A DNA stretch of 64,000 nt. It comes from an uncultured bacterium (GTDB lineage: Bacteria; Verrucomicrobiota; Verrucomicrobiia; Limisphaerales; UBA8199). The stretch lies in assembly GCA_963749495.1 (NCBI GenBank), contig CAVVMW010000008.1, positions 32,001 through 96,000 of the forward strand, written 5' to 3'. Position 1 is the stretch's first letter. Every line of letters begins with the position of its first letter. The position numbers and the translations under genes were made by a program. Below, in pieces: positions 10,413 through 19,731 of the stretch. The notes below the pieces were generated by a model. That model made no database searches and was not told where the DNA came from. It saw only the letters and a list, made by a program, of their open reading frames with translations.

Positions 10413-10847
10413 TCAGAATACAAACGGGACCATCCGCGGCGTCGTAGCCGCGTATTGCCGATATTCGGGATACCGCGCCACCAGCAGCTTTTCTTCGGAG
10501 AACATCCTGGAGAGAGCGGAGGCCACAACCAAAGCGCCCAGCAAGGCGGATGACCAGGACCAATTGGCGAGGACTCCGGGCACGGCGAACAGGCAGACTG
10601 CCGTGTAAATAGGGTGGCGGATAAACCGATACGGTCCGGTGGTGACAAGCCCTCCCGCCGTGGGATTTGCGAGAGCATGAAAGCTGCGGCGGCCAAAAGT
10701 GATGCGCGCCCAAATCATCAAGACCACCGCCGCGACCTGGGGCACCACGACAAACGGAGAAGGCGACAGGAGGCTGCGCGTGAGCAGCAGACCAACCATG
10801 CCACCCGCCATCGCCAGGTAGCCAAGCGCTGAAAGGGCTTTGAGCAT
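10413..10847 (-). CDS. Isoprenylcysteine carboxylmethyltransferase/PEMT family membrane protein
   Basis: LVTTGPYRFIRHPIY, EEKLL, YRQY..TTPR.VP. Confidence 0.88.
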   Translation of the reverse strand: MLKALSALGYLAMAGGMVGLLLTRSLLSPSPFVVVPQVAAVVLMIWARITFGRRSFHALANPTAGGLVTTGPYRFIRHPIYTAVCLFAVPGVLANWSWSSALLGALVVASALSRMFSEEKLLVARYPEYRQYAATTPRMVPFVF

Positions 10848-10989
10848 GGTCCCGGATGATAATCGGAATGCCGGGATCGGAAAGCCTGAAAGCCAGTACC
10901 CGTGGACCTCGGTCCACGGTCCGCGGTACGGGAATGACCTCGCGTCGCGTCGCGACGCCTGAAGGCCCCGCGCAGTGCGGGCCAATGTG

Positions 10990-11210
10990 GGACGCCAAAG
11001 GCGCATACCAGCCCAGAGCAACGCCCGCCGGAGCGCAGCGCAGGCGGGCCGCCGCCCTGGGTCCACCGCGCATTCTGTTCTGTTGCAGGCCAGCGGCCTG
11101 CCTCATAAAGCTCCCGGAGGATGAATCGCGCTTTCAGCGCTCTAGACGATTATTGGCGGCTGTTCCCAGGGCGTTGCCCTGGGCTGGTATGAACGACGCC
11201 GTTGGCGTCC
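10990..11210. repeat. REP-like inverted repeat
   Basis: ACGCCAA...CATACCAGCCCAGAGCAACGCC pairs with GGCGTTGCCCTGGGCTGGTATG...TTGGCGT. Confidence 0.7.
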
Positions 11211-11355
11211 AGAGCACGCACCGCCGGTTCCATCGTGTACCCGAAGCATTCTGTCATGCGCTCAACCGTGAGCCCCAGCGCTTCTTACGGCTTGAGGTGG
11301 CGGGCGCTTTGGTCAATGATGGCTTGACTATGAAAGGCCCCGAAGGATTCGGCCA

Positions 11356-12615
11356 ATGAACCTGCCGCCGGCTTTGGGCGCGGTCCTGGTGGCGACGTTC
11401 GGCTGCACGGCCGCGGCCCTCACGGGCCGTCGGGCGCTCAAGGGCTTCGCCTTCCCCGCCTGGGTGTTCACGTTCGTGGCGGCGGCCATGGTCTGGCCCG
11501 TGGCCTTCGACACCTGGCTGGGCTGCGACCTCAGGAACCTGGTGGTGCCGCTGGTCCAGATCATCATGTTCGGGATGGGCACCAAGCTGAGCGCGGGGGA
11601 TTTCGCGCGGGTCTTTGTGATGCCCAAGCCGGTGTTGATCGGCCTGGCCCTGCATTACAGCGTGATGCCGCTGGCCGGCTACGCGCTGGCCCGGCTCTTC
11701 GGGTTCCCGCCCGAGGTTGCCGCGGGGGTCATTTTGGTCGGCTCGGTCTCGAGCGGGGCGGCCTCGAACGTGATCGCCTACCTGGCGGGCGGGAACGTGG
11801 CGCTGGCCGTCACCGTGACGGCCTGTTCGACGCTGGTGTCGCCGTTCATGACGCCGTTTCTGATGCAGACGCTGGCGGGGCGGATGGTGCCGATCGATGG
11901 GTTCAAGATGATGCTGGAGATTCTGAGCATGGTGATCGTGCCGGTGGCGGGCGGGTTGGCGGCCAACCGGGTGCTTTACGGGTCGAGCGCGTGGTGGGGC
12001 CGGGCGCGGCCGCTGGGCCTGCTGGCGGCGGGCGGGGCGCTTGCGGCGGCCGGGATTGCCCTGGTGCCCGGGGCTGCGCTGGGGAAGTGGGCCCCGCTCC
12101 AGAGCGGGGCGCTGGTGGGTTCGGCCCTGATCGGCGTGGTGGCCCTGGCCAAGCTGGTAGTGGGAGTGGTGGGACGCCGCCCCAACACCTGGATGGATCG
12201 GGCCTTGCCGCTGGTCTCGATGGCGGCCATCGTTTTCATCCTGGCCATCATCACCGCCCGGTCTCGCGAGAAGTTGCTGAGCGTCGGCGCGGCGCTTATC
12301 CTGGCCGCCATGCTGCACAATGCCATCGGCTACCTGATGGGCTATTGGCTTTCGCGCGCCGCGCGGTTGGACGAGATCACCTGCCGCACGATTGCGATCG
12401 AGGTCGGCATGCAAAATGGCGGCATGGCCACCGGCCTGGCCCTGGGCGTGTTGCAGAGCGCCGACGCCGCCCTGGCGCCGGCGGTCTTCGGCCCATGGAT
12501 GAACATCTCCGGCTCGATCCTGGCCAGTTGGTGGCGCTGGCGGCCGGTGTGCGCCCTGGCGCCCGCGCCGACTGGCGCGGCCCGCTGCGAGGCAGAGGTG
12601 GGGGCAAGGAAATGA
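11356..12615 (+). CDS. Bile acid:sodium symporter (BASS) family transporter
   Basis: IIMFGMG, GAASNV, STLVSPFMTP, IEVGMQNGG. Confidence 0.9.
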   Translation: MNLPPALGAVLVATFGCTAAALTGRRALKGFAFPAWVFTFVAAAMVWPVAFDTWLGCDLRNLVVPLVQIIMFGMGTKLSAGDFARVFVMPKPVLIGLALHYSVMPLAGYALARLFGFPPEVAAGVILVGSVSSGAASNVIAYLAGGNVALAVTVTACSTLVSPFMTPFLMQTLAGRMVPIDGFKMMLEILSMVIVPVAGGLAANRVLYGSSAWWGRARPLGLLAAGGALAAAGIALVPGAALGKWAPLQSGALVGSALIGVVALAKLVVGVVGRRPNTWMDRALPLVSMAAIVFILAIITARSREKLLSVGAALILAAMLHNAIGYLMGYWLSRAARLDEITCRTIAIEVGMQNGGMATGLALGVLQSADAALAPAVFGPWMNISGSILASWWRWRPVCALAPAPTGAARCEAEVGARK

Positions 12616-12622
12616 AAGATCT

Positions 12623-14026
12623 ATGAAACGACGTGACCTGTTGAGATCCTTGGGATTGGGCGCCATGGCGGGCGCCATTGGCTGGCGCGGTCTGGGCCTG
12701 GTTTCGCAGGCCGAGGCGGAGGAGGTCCGTGCGCGCGTGAACACTCACTCGGAGCCCTCGCAGCTCAAGATTACGGACCTGCGGGTGGTGCCGATGTTCG
12801 GGGCGATGAGGAGCCACGTGCTGCGCCTGGAGACCAACCAGGGGCTGTGCGGTTACGGCGAGATCCGCGACGGCGCCTCCGCCACTTACGCCCTCATGCT
12901 CAAGGGCCGCGTGCTGGGGGAAAACCCGTGCCACGTGGACCGCATCTTCCGCAAGCTCAAGCAGTTTGGCGGGCATGGCCGCCAGGCGGGGGGCGTGGTG
13001 GGCATCGAGATGGCCTGCTGGGACCTGGCCGGCAAGGCCTGGGGCGTGCCCTGCTGGCAGATGCTGGGCGGCAAGTTCCGCGACCGGGTCCGCCTCTATG
13101 CGGACACGCCCAGCCGGCGCGATGCGCAGGAGATGGGCCGAACCTTGAAAGAGCGCCGCGAGCGCGGCTTCACCTTCCTCAAGATGGACGTCGGCATCGA
13201 CTTGCTCCGCAACGTCGAGGGCGCCCTCTCTTACCCGCACGGACAGGGCGTGGAGCCGTTTGTCCAGTCCCGCGCCCCCTTCGCCATGAACGTGCGCCAT
13301 CCCTTCACCGGCATTCGCATCACCGACAAGGGCCTGGCCAAACTCCAGGAGTATGTCCGCACCGCCCGCGACATCGCCGGCTGGGACATCCCTCTGGCCG
13401 CCGACCACTTCGGCCATATCGCCGTCGAGGACGCCATCAAGCTCGCCCAGGCCATGGACCCCTTCAACTTCGCCTGGCTCGAGGACATGATCCCCTGGGA
13501 TTACACCGACGACTATGTCCGCCTGAAAAACTCCTGCAAGACACCGCTGGCCACCGGCGAGGACATTTACCTCAAGGAAGGCTTCATGCCGCTCTTCGAG
13601 AAAAAGGCCATCGCGTTCTGCCATCCCGACCTGGCCACGGCCGGGGGACTGATGGAGACCAAGAAGATTGGCGACCTGGCGATGGAACATGGCATCGGCA
13701 TGGCGCTGCACATGGCCGGCTCGCCCGTGCTGCTCTTTGCCAGCGTGCATTGCGCCGCCGCCACCGAGAATTTCCTGGCCCTCGAGCATCATAATGCCGA
13801 TACCACCTTTTACGAGGACCTGATCGAGGGAGTGCCCAAGCCCCTGATGGGCCAGGACGGCTGTGTGCGGGTCCCGGACGGTCCGGGCCTGGGCATCACG
13901 CTCAATGAATCGGCCATCAAAGAGTGCCTCCGCCGCAACGGCAGAGACCCGGAGAAACTCTATTTCCCGCCCACCGATGAATGGAACCGGGAGCGGGCAC
14001 AGGACCGCACGTGGAGCATGAATTGA
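12623..14026 (+). CDS. Mandelate racemase/muconate lactonizing (enolase superfamily) enzyme with Tat signal
   Basis: MKRRDLL twin-arginine motif; EMACWDLAGK, KMD, DHFGH, WLED, TGED, PDGPGLG. Confidence 0.9.
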   Translation: MKRRDLLRSLGLGAMAGAIGWRGLGLVSQAEAEEVRARVNTHSEPSQLKITDLRVVPMFGAMRSHVLRLETNQGLCGYGEIRDGASATYALMLKGRVLGENPCHVDRIFRKLKQFGGHGRQAGGVVGIEMACWDLAGKAWGVPCWQMLGGKFRDRVRLYADTPSRRDAQEMGRTLKERRERGFTFLKMDVGIDLLRNVEGALSYPHGQGVEPFVQSRAPFAMNVRHPFTGIRITDKGLAKLQEYVRTARDIAGWDIPLAADHFGHIAVEDAIKLAQAMDPFNFAWLEDMIPWDYTDDYVRLKNSCKTPLATGEDIYLKEGFMPLFEKKAIAFCHPDLATAGGLMETKKIGDLAMEHGIGMALHMAGSPVLLFASVHCAAATENFLALEHHNADTTFYEDLIEGVPKPLMGQDGCVRVPDGPGLGITLNESAIKECLRRNGRDPEKLYFPPTDEWNRERAQDRTWSMN

Positions 14027-14054
14027 CCGGGGGGCGGCGGCGCTGAGAAGGTGT

Positions 14055-14082
14055 GAATGACGAATGACGAATGACGAATGAC
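14055..14082 (+). repeat. Heptamer tandem repeat (GAATGAC)x4
   Basis: Read directly in the spacer between the enolase and RraA genes. Confidence 0.9.
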
Positions 14083-14098
14083 CAAAATGTCTCTCACT

Positions 14099-15046
14099 AT
14101 GAAAAGCCTTCAACCCTTGCTCGTGTGTTCTTGTGCGCTGGCCCTGTGGCTCATCGGCCCCGCGTCCGCCAGCGCCCAGCCCGGCGTGTTCACCAAGGAC
14201 CATCTCATTGCCTACAGCCCCGAGTGGAAAGGCGAGCGGTTCCCCGACGGCCGCCCGAAAGTGCCCGACGAAATCCTCCAGCGGATGAAGCCGGTCTCGA
14301 TCGAGGAGGCCTGGGCCGTCCTCAAGCGCCACAACTACAACAACCAGTTCGAGGGCAACTGGGTCCTGGCAGGTCCGAAAGACCCCGTCCTGGTCGGCCG
14401 GGCGGTGACGGCCTGGTTCTATCCGGTCCGGCCCGACGTGAACGGGGTGATCAAGAAGAACGGCGACAAGGAGGGCCGTGTGGGAGGGCAAAACTCCTGG
14501 GTCATCGACACGCTCGTCAAGGGCGATGTGATCGTCGTGGACCTCATGGGCAAGGTGATCGACGGCACGTTCATGGGGGACAACCTGGGCAATGCTATCT
14601 GGGCCAGGAGCGGCGGCAACGGCCTGGTCATCAACGGCGGGGCCCGCGACATCCAGGGCTGCGAGGAAATCCCAGATTTCCCCATCTTCAACCGCGGCTG
14701 GGACCCGTCCGCCATCGCCGACGTGATGCTCATGGGCATCAACGGCCCGGTCCGCATCGGGCGCGCCTCGGTGATGCCGGGCGACGTGGTGCTCGGCAAG
14801 AAGGAGGGCGTCATCTTCATCCCGGCGCACCTGGCGCAGGAGGTTGTCGAAACCTCCGAAATCATACGCCTGCGCGATGAGTTCGGCCACCTCCGCCTCC
14901 GCCAGGGCAAATACACCCCAGGCCAGATCGACCGCAAATGGACCGACGACATCGAGAAGGATTTCAGCCAGTGGCTCAAGTCCAAGGGAGAACAGGAATT
15001 GACGCCCTACCAGCGCGAGAAACTGCTCCAGGGGCGAACGTGGTGA
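14099..15046 (+). CDS. RraA/HMG-aldolase-like protein with signal peptide
   Basis: LVGRAVTA, GDVIVVD, FMGDNLG, NGGARD, VMPGDVV; N-terminal hydrophobic signal ending ASA-Q. Confidence 0.85.
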   Translation: MKSLQPLLVCSCALALWLIGPASASAQPGVFTKDHLIAYSPEWKGERFPDGRPKVPDEILQRMKPVSIEEAWAVLKRHNYNNQFEGNWVLAGPKDPVLVGRAVTAWFYPVRPDVNGVIKKNGDKEGRVGGQNSWVIDTLVKGDVIVVDLMGKVIDGTFMGDNLGNAIWARSGGNGLVINGGARDIQGCEEIPDFPIFNRGWDPSAIADVMLMGINGPVRIGRASVMPGDVVLGKKEGVIFIPAHLAQEVVETSEIIRLRDEFGHLRLRQGKYTPGQIDRKWTDDIEKDFSQWLKSKGEQELTPYQREKLLQGRTW

Positions 15047-15054
15047 GCGACCCA

Positions 15055-15198
15055 TTGGCTATCGGCTATCGGCTATCCAGACTCCAACCCCTTCCCTCGC
15101 CCCTCGACACTCGACCCTGGCAAGCTGAAACGTGAAACGTGAAACGTGAAACGTGAACTCTGAACCCTGAACCGTGAAACCTCGACACTCGACACTCG
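15055..15198 (+). repeat. Mixed heptamer arrays (ATCGGCT, CTCGACA, TGAAACG)
   Basis: Three different 7-mer units tandemly repeated across the spacer. Confidence 0.85.
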
Positions 15199-15199
15199 T

Positions 15200-16537
15200 A
15201 TGAATAGACGTGACATGCTCAAAGGCGCCGGGCTGGGGACGGCCGCGGCGTTGTTCGGATTGCTCTCGAGGCAGGACCGGGCTTTGGCCCAGGCCGAGGC
15301 GCGGACCGGAAAGGGGTTGCCTCCGCTCAAGATTACCAAGGTCCGGCCCATCCTCACCGCGCCCCAGCCCAGGACCCGGTTTGTCGTGGTCAAGGTCGAG
15401 ACCAGCGAGCCGGGCCTCTACGGTCTGGGCTGCGCCACCTTCAACCAGCGCCCGCTGGCCGTGAAGACCGCCATCGAGGAGTACCTTGACCCGTTCTGCC
15501 ATGGCCGCGATGCCGACAACATCGAAGACCTGTGGCAGACGGCCTACACCAGTTCGTATTGGCGGAACGGGCCTGTGCTCAACAACGCCTTGAGCGGCGT
15601 GGACCAGGCGCTCTGGGACATCAAGGGCAAACGCGCCGGCATGCCGGTCTATCAGTTGCTGGGCGGCAAGTGCCGGTTCGCGGTCGCCTGTTACACTCAT
15701 TCCAGCGGCCGGAGCCTGTCCGCCCTCGAAGAGAGCGTGCGCCGGAACATGGAGCGGGGCTTCCGCCACATCCGCATCCAGCTCGGCGGCTACGGCTCGC
15801 CCCACCTCTCGACGGGCGCCGACTTCCAGCAGGAGGGCTTCGGCCTGCCCGTCGAGAGCGCCATGGATGCCCGCCCCTATCTCAAGGCCGTGCCCAAAAT
15901 GTTCGAGCACATCCGCAGCCAATGCGGCGACGACATCGAACTGCTCCACGACGTCCACGAACGGATCGAGCCCATCGATGCCATCAACCTGTGCAAGGAA
16001 CTGGAACGTTACCACCCGTTCTTCATCGAAGACCCGCTGGCCCCGGAGGCCAACGCCTATTTCCGCAACCTGCGCCAGCAGTGCTCCACACCGATCGCCA
16101 TGGGCGAACTCTTCAACAACCCGCATGAGTGGGTCGGCCTGATCTCCGAACGGCTCATCGATTTCATCCGCGTACACATCTCCCAGATTGGCGGACTGAC
16201 CCCCGCGCGCAAGCTCGCCGCCTTGGCCGAGTGGTTCCAGGTGCGCACCGCCTGGCACGGGCCCGCGAACGTCTCCCCTGTCGGCCACGCCGCCAACGCC
16301 CACCTTGACCTGGCCGTTCACAACTTCGGCATCCAGGAGTCCGTCCAGTTCAACGACCCCACCCTCGAGGTCTTCCCCGGCACACCGGCCCTCAAAAACG
16401 GCTACCTCTTTGTCAACGAGGCCCCTGGCCTTGGCGTGGACCTCAACGAAGCGTTGGCCAGGAAATTCCCTCTGCCCGAAAATCCAGGCTATTGGTTGCC
16501 GACCAGACGAAGGGACGGAACGGCGGTGCAACCGTAG
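15200..16537 (+). CDS. ManD/RspA-like acid-sugar dehydratase (enolase superfamily) with Tat signal
   Basis: MNRRDML; YWRNGPV, LLHDVHER, FIEDP, AMGELF, RTAWHGP, NFGIQE. Confidence 0.9.
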   Translation: MNRRDMLKGAGLGTAAALFGLLSRQDRALAQAEARTGKGLPPLKITKVRPILTAPQPRTRFVVVKVETSEPGLYGLGCATFNQRPLAVKTAIEEYLDPFCHGRDADNIEDLWQTAYTSSYWRNGPVLNNALSGVDQALWDIKGKRAGMPVYQLLGGKCRFAVACYTHSSGRSLSALEESVRRNMERGFRHIRIQLGGYGSPHLSTGADFQQEGFGLPVESAMDARPYLKAVPKMFEHIRSQCGDDIELLHDVHERIEPIDAINLCKELERYHPFFIEDPLAPEANAYFRNLRQQCSTPIAMGELFNNPHEWVGLISERLIDFIRVHISQIGGLTPARKLAALAEWFQVRTAWHGPANVSPVGHAANAHLDLAVHNFGIQESVQFNDPTLEVFPGTPALKNGYLFVNEAPGLGVDLNEALARKFPLPENPGYWLPTRRRDGTAVQP

Positions 16538-16576
16538 CGCCCGAGCCCGCAGACTCCACTAACGGGCGAACATCAC

Positions 16577-19174
16577 TCATCGACTGCGGCGCCCTCCAGT
16601 GCTTCTTCCGGGTCTCCTGGCGTTTGCCCTGCTGCAAACTCCATGAGTCGCTGCAGCTCCGCTCGCCTCTCCGTCTTTTTGCCTGGCGGGCGGTTTTTTT
16701 TTTACGCCAAGCAGCGGCTCCAGGGCGGTCCTGGCCTTTGCCTTTGTGAAGGCCTGCCGGAGAGCATCGAAATAAAGCAGTGTCCAGTTGTCGTCTCTGA
16801 AATGCTCGCTGAAGAGCGGCGACTTCATCTTTCGCTCGAAATCCCTCTCTCGTTCCTCGGGTATGACCATCGTTTTAGGCACCGTCGCCGGCAGGTTCGA
16901 GCCGTGCTGGAGTCCGCTTGTCATGGTGGTGGTGGATTCCACCTCGAAAGCCCGGACCACCTGCGCGCCGTCAAGCCAAAGCAAGTCCATATCAAGCACA
17001 GGCCGGAGGTTTCTTACGCCAGACAACGCGGCGGGCTTCGAGGTGACCAAATCGCGGAGCCGCACCTCCTCGACGAGGCCGGCGGCCGACTCGCGCTGTT
17101 CACGCTGGCCGATCCAGACCGTGTGCCCACGCGCCGCCCCGATTTTCGCCAGCAGAGCGATGAGTTCGCTGTGGCGGGACAGATGAATCCGTATTTCCTC
17201 CTTAAGCATCCAGGCCCCGCCGCTGACCTTGCGGCCATACACCTCCAGCGCCTCGGTGATGCTCGTGCTGTCTGAGGTTAGCGAGTTCGGAAATTCACGC
17301 GCGACGGTATCCCAAATCTCAGTGAAGGTGACTCGCCCCTTCTCGTGCAGGCAGCGGAACACGGTCTCCTCGACGCGCTCGGTCAGCGGCACGGCCTGGA
17401 GGCGCGCCGCGAATGCGTCGTCCGCAAACCACCACAATTTCCCCGAGGCGCCGCCCCATCTGGCTTCAACTAATCTGAAGTCCTTGCCAATGCTCTCTTC
17501 CAGGATCCTTTTCACGTCCAGGCCGGTCTGCAGCGTGCCGAACAAGCCGCGCCTGGCGAGCACGGGATCCACCTGGTTCATCAGGATGGTATAGGGCGTG
17601 GGCTCGGCTCTGCTCGCAATGACTTCGCGGCAGGTCTCGATGACGATGCGCCGGAAACGCTCCTCGCTCACCTCCTCCATCTGCCGCGCCCGCCGGGCTG
17701 TCTTGGCGAAGCGGAGGTAGAAGTCGCCCTGAGCGCTGCCGAACGGCCGCAACATCGCCTTGGCAGAGACCTGTCCCAGGGGTTGATGGTGGATATGTTC
17801 GTAATCGAACCCCGAAAACACACCCGCCCGCACCGTCGCGTTGCGCACCATGAAGGTCGGATTGTGAAATGTCAGCGTCAGATAGTTTTCCGGCCGCAGC
17901 ACCCGATAGAAACCCTGAAAGCTGTTGTTGAGGAGAGCGTAATAGGTCGCGAACGGCTTCTTCTGGCGGTCGTTGCGGATTATCTCGTGGGTCACGAGCC
18001 TCTCCGTATACCGGAAATCCTCCTTCAGCCACGCATTCCACAGGTAAGATAGTTCGCCATACTGGATGGAAGCGTCGTAAGGCGGATCAGTGAAAATGTA
18101 ATCAACACAATCCTCCGGCATCTTTTTCATCAGGTCGACGCAGTCATCCGTGATGATTGCAACGTCGGCTTCCCCCGCCAGCACCTTGCGCCAATCATCA
18201 GTGAGCCTCACATCGGGCAGTGCTTTGTTGGACTCGTTTTTGGCATGGATGAGGCCCTGGTGGCCTGCTATCGCGCTCTCAAATTTCTCCCAGACGTTCG
18301 CCTCCAGGCAGCGCTTGGTCAACCAGTAACTGTGTTGGGTCCAAGTTGAGCTAAAGGCGGTCTGATGGTTGCCCCCGCCCCGTTCGAGAGCCGGGCACAC
18401 CCTGGTGCAGAGGTGGATCATCAACGTGAAGGCCCCGAGCAAAAACTTCCGCAATTGAGGGCTGCTCTCCTTCTCGATGGCCTCATAAAGCATAGCCGAA
18501 GCCCGGAGGTTACGCCTGGTGAAGAGGTGGTCCAAACAATCATACCGCTCTTTCTTCATGAAAGGCGTGCCATCGTCATAGTACAGTCAATTTCGTGGAT
18601 ACCATTCCGTGATGCGCCTGGCTTCCAGGGCGGCAACGGCATCCAGGTCCTTCTTCCTGGGTTTGCACCCGGTTTCGCAGCGGTGCTCGCAGTGGGGGCA
18701 TCCTTTGTAGCGGACCTCGACCAGTTCATCCCCTTGGCGGACGAAGCAGTCGGCAACCAGGGGTTGGTCGCAATTCAAGCAATGGACGGTGTAAAGTTCC
18801 GCAATGCGGTTTTGCGCCTCTTGGCGGACTCGCTCGAAGGAGTCCTGCAGCTTGAGCGTGTTCACTGGTCGCAAAGTCAATTCCGTAATTCGAGTGGCGG
18901 CCGGATTGAGGTCGCAAACGATGGCTCGCCGCTTGTGGCGCGCCGCCTCCACCGCCGTGACGCCGCTCCCGGCGAAGGGATCAAAAACGATCTGGTGCGG
19001 CTTGGTGTAGGCCTGGATGTGTTCGCTCACGACGTTCCAGGTTTTGCGGGACCAGTACTTGTGCCACACATACATGGCCGTGTGCGGCTCGGGTGGGATC
19101 TGCCGGTTGATGTGGTCGAATCTCGGCGGAGCAATCTTGCCGATCCGGGCGTGGGCTAATTCGCGGGCTTTCAT
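16577..19174 (-). pseudogene. DNA amino-methyltransferase fused to a C-terminal PD-(D/E)xK-like nuclease, copy A; split by an in-frame TGA at 18587-18589
   Basis: DPFAGSG (motif I), CxxC...CxxC insert, FTDPPY (motif IV), C-terminal DLLWL...FEVESTT..SGL. ORFs 18587-19174 and 16577-18559 are in frame; copy B has Arg at the stop position. Confidence 0.8.
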
Positions 19175-19512
19175 GAGGCGTCTCGGGCGACTTCTCTCAG
19201 CAATCTTTGGCAGATTTCAAATGCAGCGGCCAGACGGATAGCGCGGACCCCTTTGACGCCCCTCACCTGGGCGACCTCATTGAGCGGCCGATCCATCAAA
19301 CCCGCCAGCGTGCCGAACTTCTCCATGAGCGCATTGGCGCTGTCCAGCGCCGAGTAACCCCGGCCGCCGCTCCCCAGGAGAATCGCAACCAACTCGGCGT
19401 CGGAGCACTGTGCCGCGCCAAGTTCCAGAAGCGTTCGTCCCGGTTTCACAAAAGAATTAAAGGCCAAACCGGGCGCCAGGACAAGCGGGAATCGGCAATT
19501 TCCCACTTCCAC
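19171..19512 (-). CDS. RadC/UPF0758 N-terminal helix-hairpin-helix protein lacking the JAB domain
   Basis: LGAAQCSDAELVAILLGSG...SALD.A..L...FG.L...VRGVKGVRA..LAAAFEI; ATGA overlap with the MTase start. Confidence 0.8.
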   Translation of the reverse strand: MEVGNCRFPLVLAPGLAFNSFVKPGRTLLELGAAQCSDAELVAILLGSGGRGYSALDSANALMEKFGTLAGLMDRPLNEVAQVRGVKGVRAIRLAAAFEICQRLLREVARDAS

Positions 19513-19590
19513 GCATCGCCCGCGCCCGCGCTATTTCCGCCTCATTTTAAATTGACAATTGCAAATTGAGAATTGCAAATCCTGAAAATT

Positions 19591-19731
19591 GTGAATCCGG
19601 AAGATTTGTCGGAGCGGCTGTGGCGGTTCGCGGCCAGGGTGGCAAAAGTAGTTGACGCCCTTCCGGAGACCCGTGTTGGCCGGCACGTAGCGGGTCAACT
19701 GGTCCGTTGCGGCACATCTGCCCCGGCGAAT
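19591..19731 (+). pseudogene. Four-helix-bundle (23S rRNA IVP-like) gene, 5' fragment
   Basis: VNPEDLSERLWRFAARVAKVVDALPETRVGRHVAGQLVRCGTSAPAN, then an abrupt join to antisense MTase copy B. Confidence 0.8.

Noticed and set aside
12377..15055. Long antisense ORFs (for example 12377-15055, 2443-4518, 40741-42957, 61072-62919)
   Set aside because: Shadow frames of real genes in GC-rich DNA; no recognisable motifs.
18587..18589. Selenocysteine or alternative-code readthrough of the in-frame TGA
   Set aside because: The paralog has Arg, not Cys or Trp, at this position, and TGA terminates many genes here; a nonsense mutation or base error is more likely.
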